From IMG/VR virus record IMGVR_UViG_3300021256_000061: DNA of 64,000 nucleotides; one strand, 5' to 3'. The notes under the pieces are model-generated. The model was not told where the DNA came from. It saw only the letters and a list, made by a program, of their open reading frames with translations, and ran no database searches. The stretch comes from a virus (lineage: Duplodnaviria; Heunggongvirae; Uroviricota; Caudoviricetes). The position numbers and the translations under genes are program-made. Positions 62,144 to 64,000 of the stretch are shown piece by piece. The first letter of the stretch is position 1, and each line of letters opens with the position of its first letter.

Positions 62144-63088
62144 ATGAAACGAGTTATTAAATTAAGTGAAGGCCAAATTCGTGAGGCAATAAAAAACGTT
62201 ATCGAGAATCTTTCTGAGGGTGGCCATCTTTATGGTGAACTACCTAATGGTGATATTTTTACTAATTCTAAAGATACCTTCCACGGTGTTCCTGGAAGTA
62301 CTGTCGTGTCACATGGTGAATGTGCGGACCCCGAGTTGTTCTATAAGGGCAAGAAGGTCGATTTTGAAGCGGTGGAGAAAAGACTTTACGATGATTATTA
62401 TGAAGAAGCGTCGGAGTTTGATAATGTTACCTTTGAGGAATGGCTTGAAACCAAGGATATGGAGTATTTGGAAAGTATTTTGAAGGAACATATTATTTCG
62501 GGCGAAGCTTTAAATGAAAGTACCTTTGGCGAGACGCCACGGGACAAGTGCATGAGACTCGCAATGCAGGCCCGCGAAGATTTGACTCCTGAGCAGAGAA
62601 CTGAATTCTTCGACATGCTTAAGGATGTTTTTGAAACAGACGATATGGGACTCGTACGTTCTATGTTTGCTAAAATTTGTCAGGGGACCTTTGAAGATGA
62701 GGCTGTAATTGAGAACCTTATTCCTAAATTAGAAGGATTTATTGAAAGGGTTTACGGCCCAGAAGAAGAACCAGGGTCGGATGATGATAATGATATTGCT
62801 GGGATAGATTCCGACGATGATATCGATTTCTCTGATATGGGGGCATTCCCCGATGGAGAATTGGATGAGGTTCATGGGCATAAAAAACATAATGCCCCTA
62901 AGGATTATATTGCAGCAGTGAATAAAGGAAACCGCGAAGGTGAAATGGAAAAGATGGGTGGTGGTTTCAGGCAAAGAAATAAAATTCACAAAGCGAAAAA
63001 CGATTACCCAGGTAAAAAAGTCAATATATCTAATTATGATGACTTGATTGATGAGTGCGTGAAACGCGTTTTAGACAAAATGTTTTAA
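62144..63088 (+). CDS. motif-family protein with acidic region (314 aa)
   Basis: N-terminal IKLSEGQIREAIKNVIENLSEGG. Confidence 0.5.
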   Translation: MKRVIKLSEGQIREAIKNVIENLSEGGHLYGELPNGDIFTNSKDTFHGVPGSTVVSHGECADPELFYKGKKVDFEAVEKRLYDDYYEEASEFDNVTFEEWLETKDMEYLESILKEHIISGEALNESTFGETPRDKCMRLAMQAREDLTPEQRTEFFDMLKDVFETDDMGLVRSMFAKICQGTFEDEAVIENLIPKLEGFIERVYGPEEEPGSDDDNDIAGIDSDDDIDFSDMGAFPDGELDEVHGHKKHNAPKDYIAAVNKGNREGEMEKMGGGFRQRNKIHKAKNDYPGKKVNISNYDDLIDECVKRVLDKMF

Positions 63089-63095
63089 ATAGAAA

Positions 63096-63122
63096 ACACG
63101 GGTTGATGCCCGTGTTTTTTTA
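63096..63122. terminator. bidirectional rho-independent terminator
   Basis: acacggg ttgatg cccgtgt + T7. Confidence 0.7.
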
Positions 63123-63818
63123 TTCTTTAAGATGTTTTAATAGTTCCTTGAGTTTATCGTGCGTTTCGCCTCTTGTTCCTGTGCCAAAATTTACTGCGTC
63201 TTCTAGCGCTAAAATTAATTCGGTCGTAGGTCTATGGATAAATGCATGCTCTTTCGCATACCAATTATCAAAAGTGTAAGCTTCTTTATCCTCGGAAATT
63301 TCCACTACATAATAAACATCTAGTTTGGCAGAAACAATATCTCCTAAAGTTCCTACATAAAATGGCGTGCCAGCTGGAATTACCGCACGGAAAATTAATG
63401 GCATTCCTGATTTATTCCTAAGTGACACTGTTGCTCGCAGTCCTTCTTCTTCTTGCCTTGCTTTTTCAAAAGTTGTATATGCATGAATACCCTCATTAAC
63501 TGTGCCGCCATATATTTCGATGTCTGGGTCTAGTTTGGCTTCAAGCGTTGCTAAGCCACCACTAAAAAAAATCTGATAATTTCTATACGGAGTATAATAC
63601 CTGTCCTCCTTCTTGTAGGGATGATAGTGAGAATTAGTAATACTGAGAGGGGCGAAATATGGCGTTACATCGTTTTCTTTTATAAGTACTTTGTAAACAA
63701 CAATATCTTGTGATGCTTTCAAGGGCTCTCCGTCTAAATGATAATACTCGTTAATTCTTAAACACATAATATTTATACTTTTTAATTCGTCCCAAAATTT
63801 TCTTCTACCCAGGTCCAA
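63120..63818 (-). CDS. hypothetical protein (232 aa; possibly starts at internal Met)
   Basis: ORF. Confidence 0.5.
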   Translation of the reverse strand: MDLGRRKFWDELKSINIMCLRINEYYHLDGEPLKASQDIVVYKVLIKENDVTPYFAPLSITNSHYHPYKKEDRYYTPYRNYQIFFSGGLATLEAKLDPDIEIYGGTVNEGIHAYTTFEKARQEEEGLRATVSLRNKSGMPLIFRAVIPAGTPFYVGTLGDIVSAKLDVYYVVEISEDKEAYTFDNWYAKEHAFIHRPTTELILALEDAVNFGTGTRGETHDKLKELLKHLKE

Positions 63819-63991
63819 AAATTGAAATCGGGTTTATATTTCTGTATTTCTCTTGCGAGGCTTCTAACTATCATATTCTGCCTATACAAATCTCTGTGTA
63901 GTTGCGATTCCGTCATTTCCTTGGACGCAAGATAATCCTTGTGGATTTTATCGAGTTCCTTATATTGGCGTTCCAAATCTGCGTAGGCCAT
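63782..63991 (-). CDS. hypothetical protein (69 aa)
   Basis: ORF near the window end. Confidence 0.35.
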   Translation of the reverse strand: MAYADLERQYKELDKIHKDYLASKEMTESQLHRDLYRQNMIVRSLAREIQKYKPDFNFWTWVEENFGTN

Positions 63992-64000
63992 TCCTTGCCC

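Overview
This 64-kb window reads as a stretch of a large, AT-leaning bacteriophage genome. It is gene dense, has no Shine-Dalgarno signals, and carries rho-independent terminators at most operon ends. I recognise four blocks.

(1) 1-14.1 kb: about 35 small minus-strand genes, each preceded on its sense strand by a TGGCACG-N4-TTGC-like motif (plus-strand image gcaaagaccgtgcca). That is the sigma-54 -24/-12 consensus, repeated more than 25 times. The products include acidic candidate DNA mimics, a zinc-ribbon paralog pair, a secreted beta-barrel protein and a lipoprotein.

(2) 14.1-19.7 kb: a GC-richer plus-strand island. It holds a perfect 40-bp palindrome, a solo HicA-like toxin, a DUF932 protein, a UvrD-like SF1 helicase, iteron-like repeats and a 550-bp structured non-coding region. 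A C/G-tract and 75-bp tandem-repeat junction follows at about 19.9-20.2 kb.

(3) 20.2-50.5 kb: plus-strand genes carry a different conserved upstream motif (AACTATTTAT). At least 10 paralogous proteins share a 22-aa helical motif; one paralog is broken by an A8-tract frameshift. Also here are an N4/N6 DNA methyltransferase, a ParB-like protein, an IS607-type insertion (catalytically intact TnpB plus a TnpA reduced to its HTH), an SPFH/flotillin-like protein, a sigma-70-family sigma factor, a complete DnaJ and SSB. Two giant paralogous fibre proteins are built from 14-aa SHAEG (Hep_Hag/YadA-head-like) repeats; one also carries a near-perfect array of about 20 copies of a 27-bp (9-aa, one Cys per unit) repeat.

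(4) 50.5-60.7 kb: a minus-strand RNA-repair supercluster. It contains a 2H phosphoesterase, a CCA-adding nucleotidyltransferase, an HD-phosphohydrolase/5'-kinase fusion, an Rnl2-type RNA ligase with an OB N-domain, an AAA+ ATPase, a calcineurin-like metallophosphoesterase and a Ro60-like TROVE-vWA protein. Three more motif-family genes follow.

No rRNA, CRISPR array or convincing tRNA was seen. All functional calls rest on motif-level reading of the translated ORFs, not on database searches.
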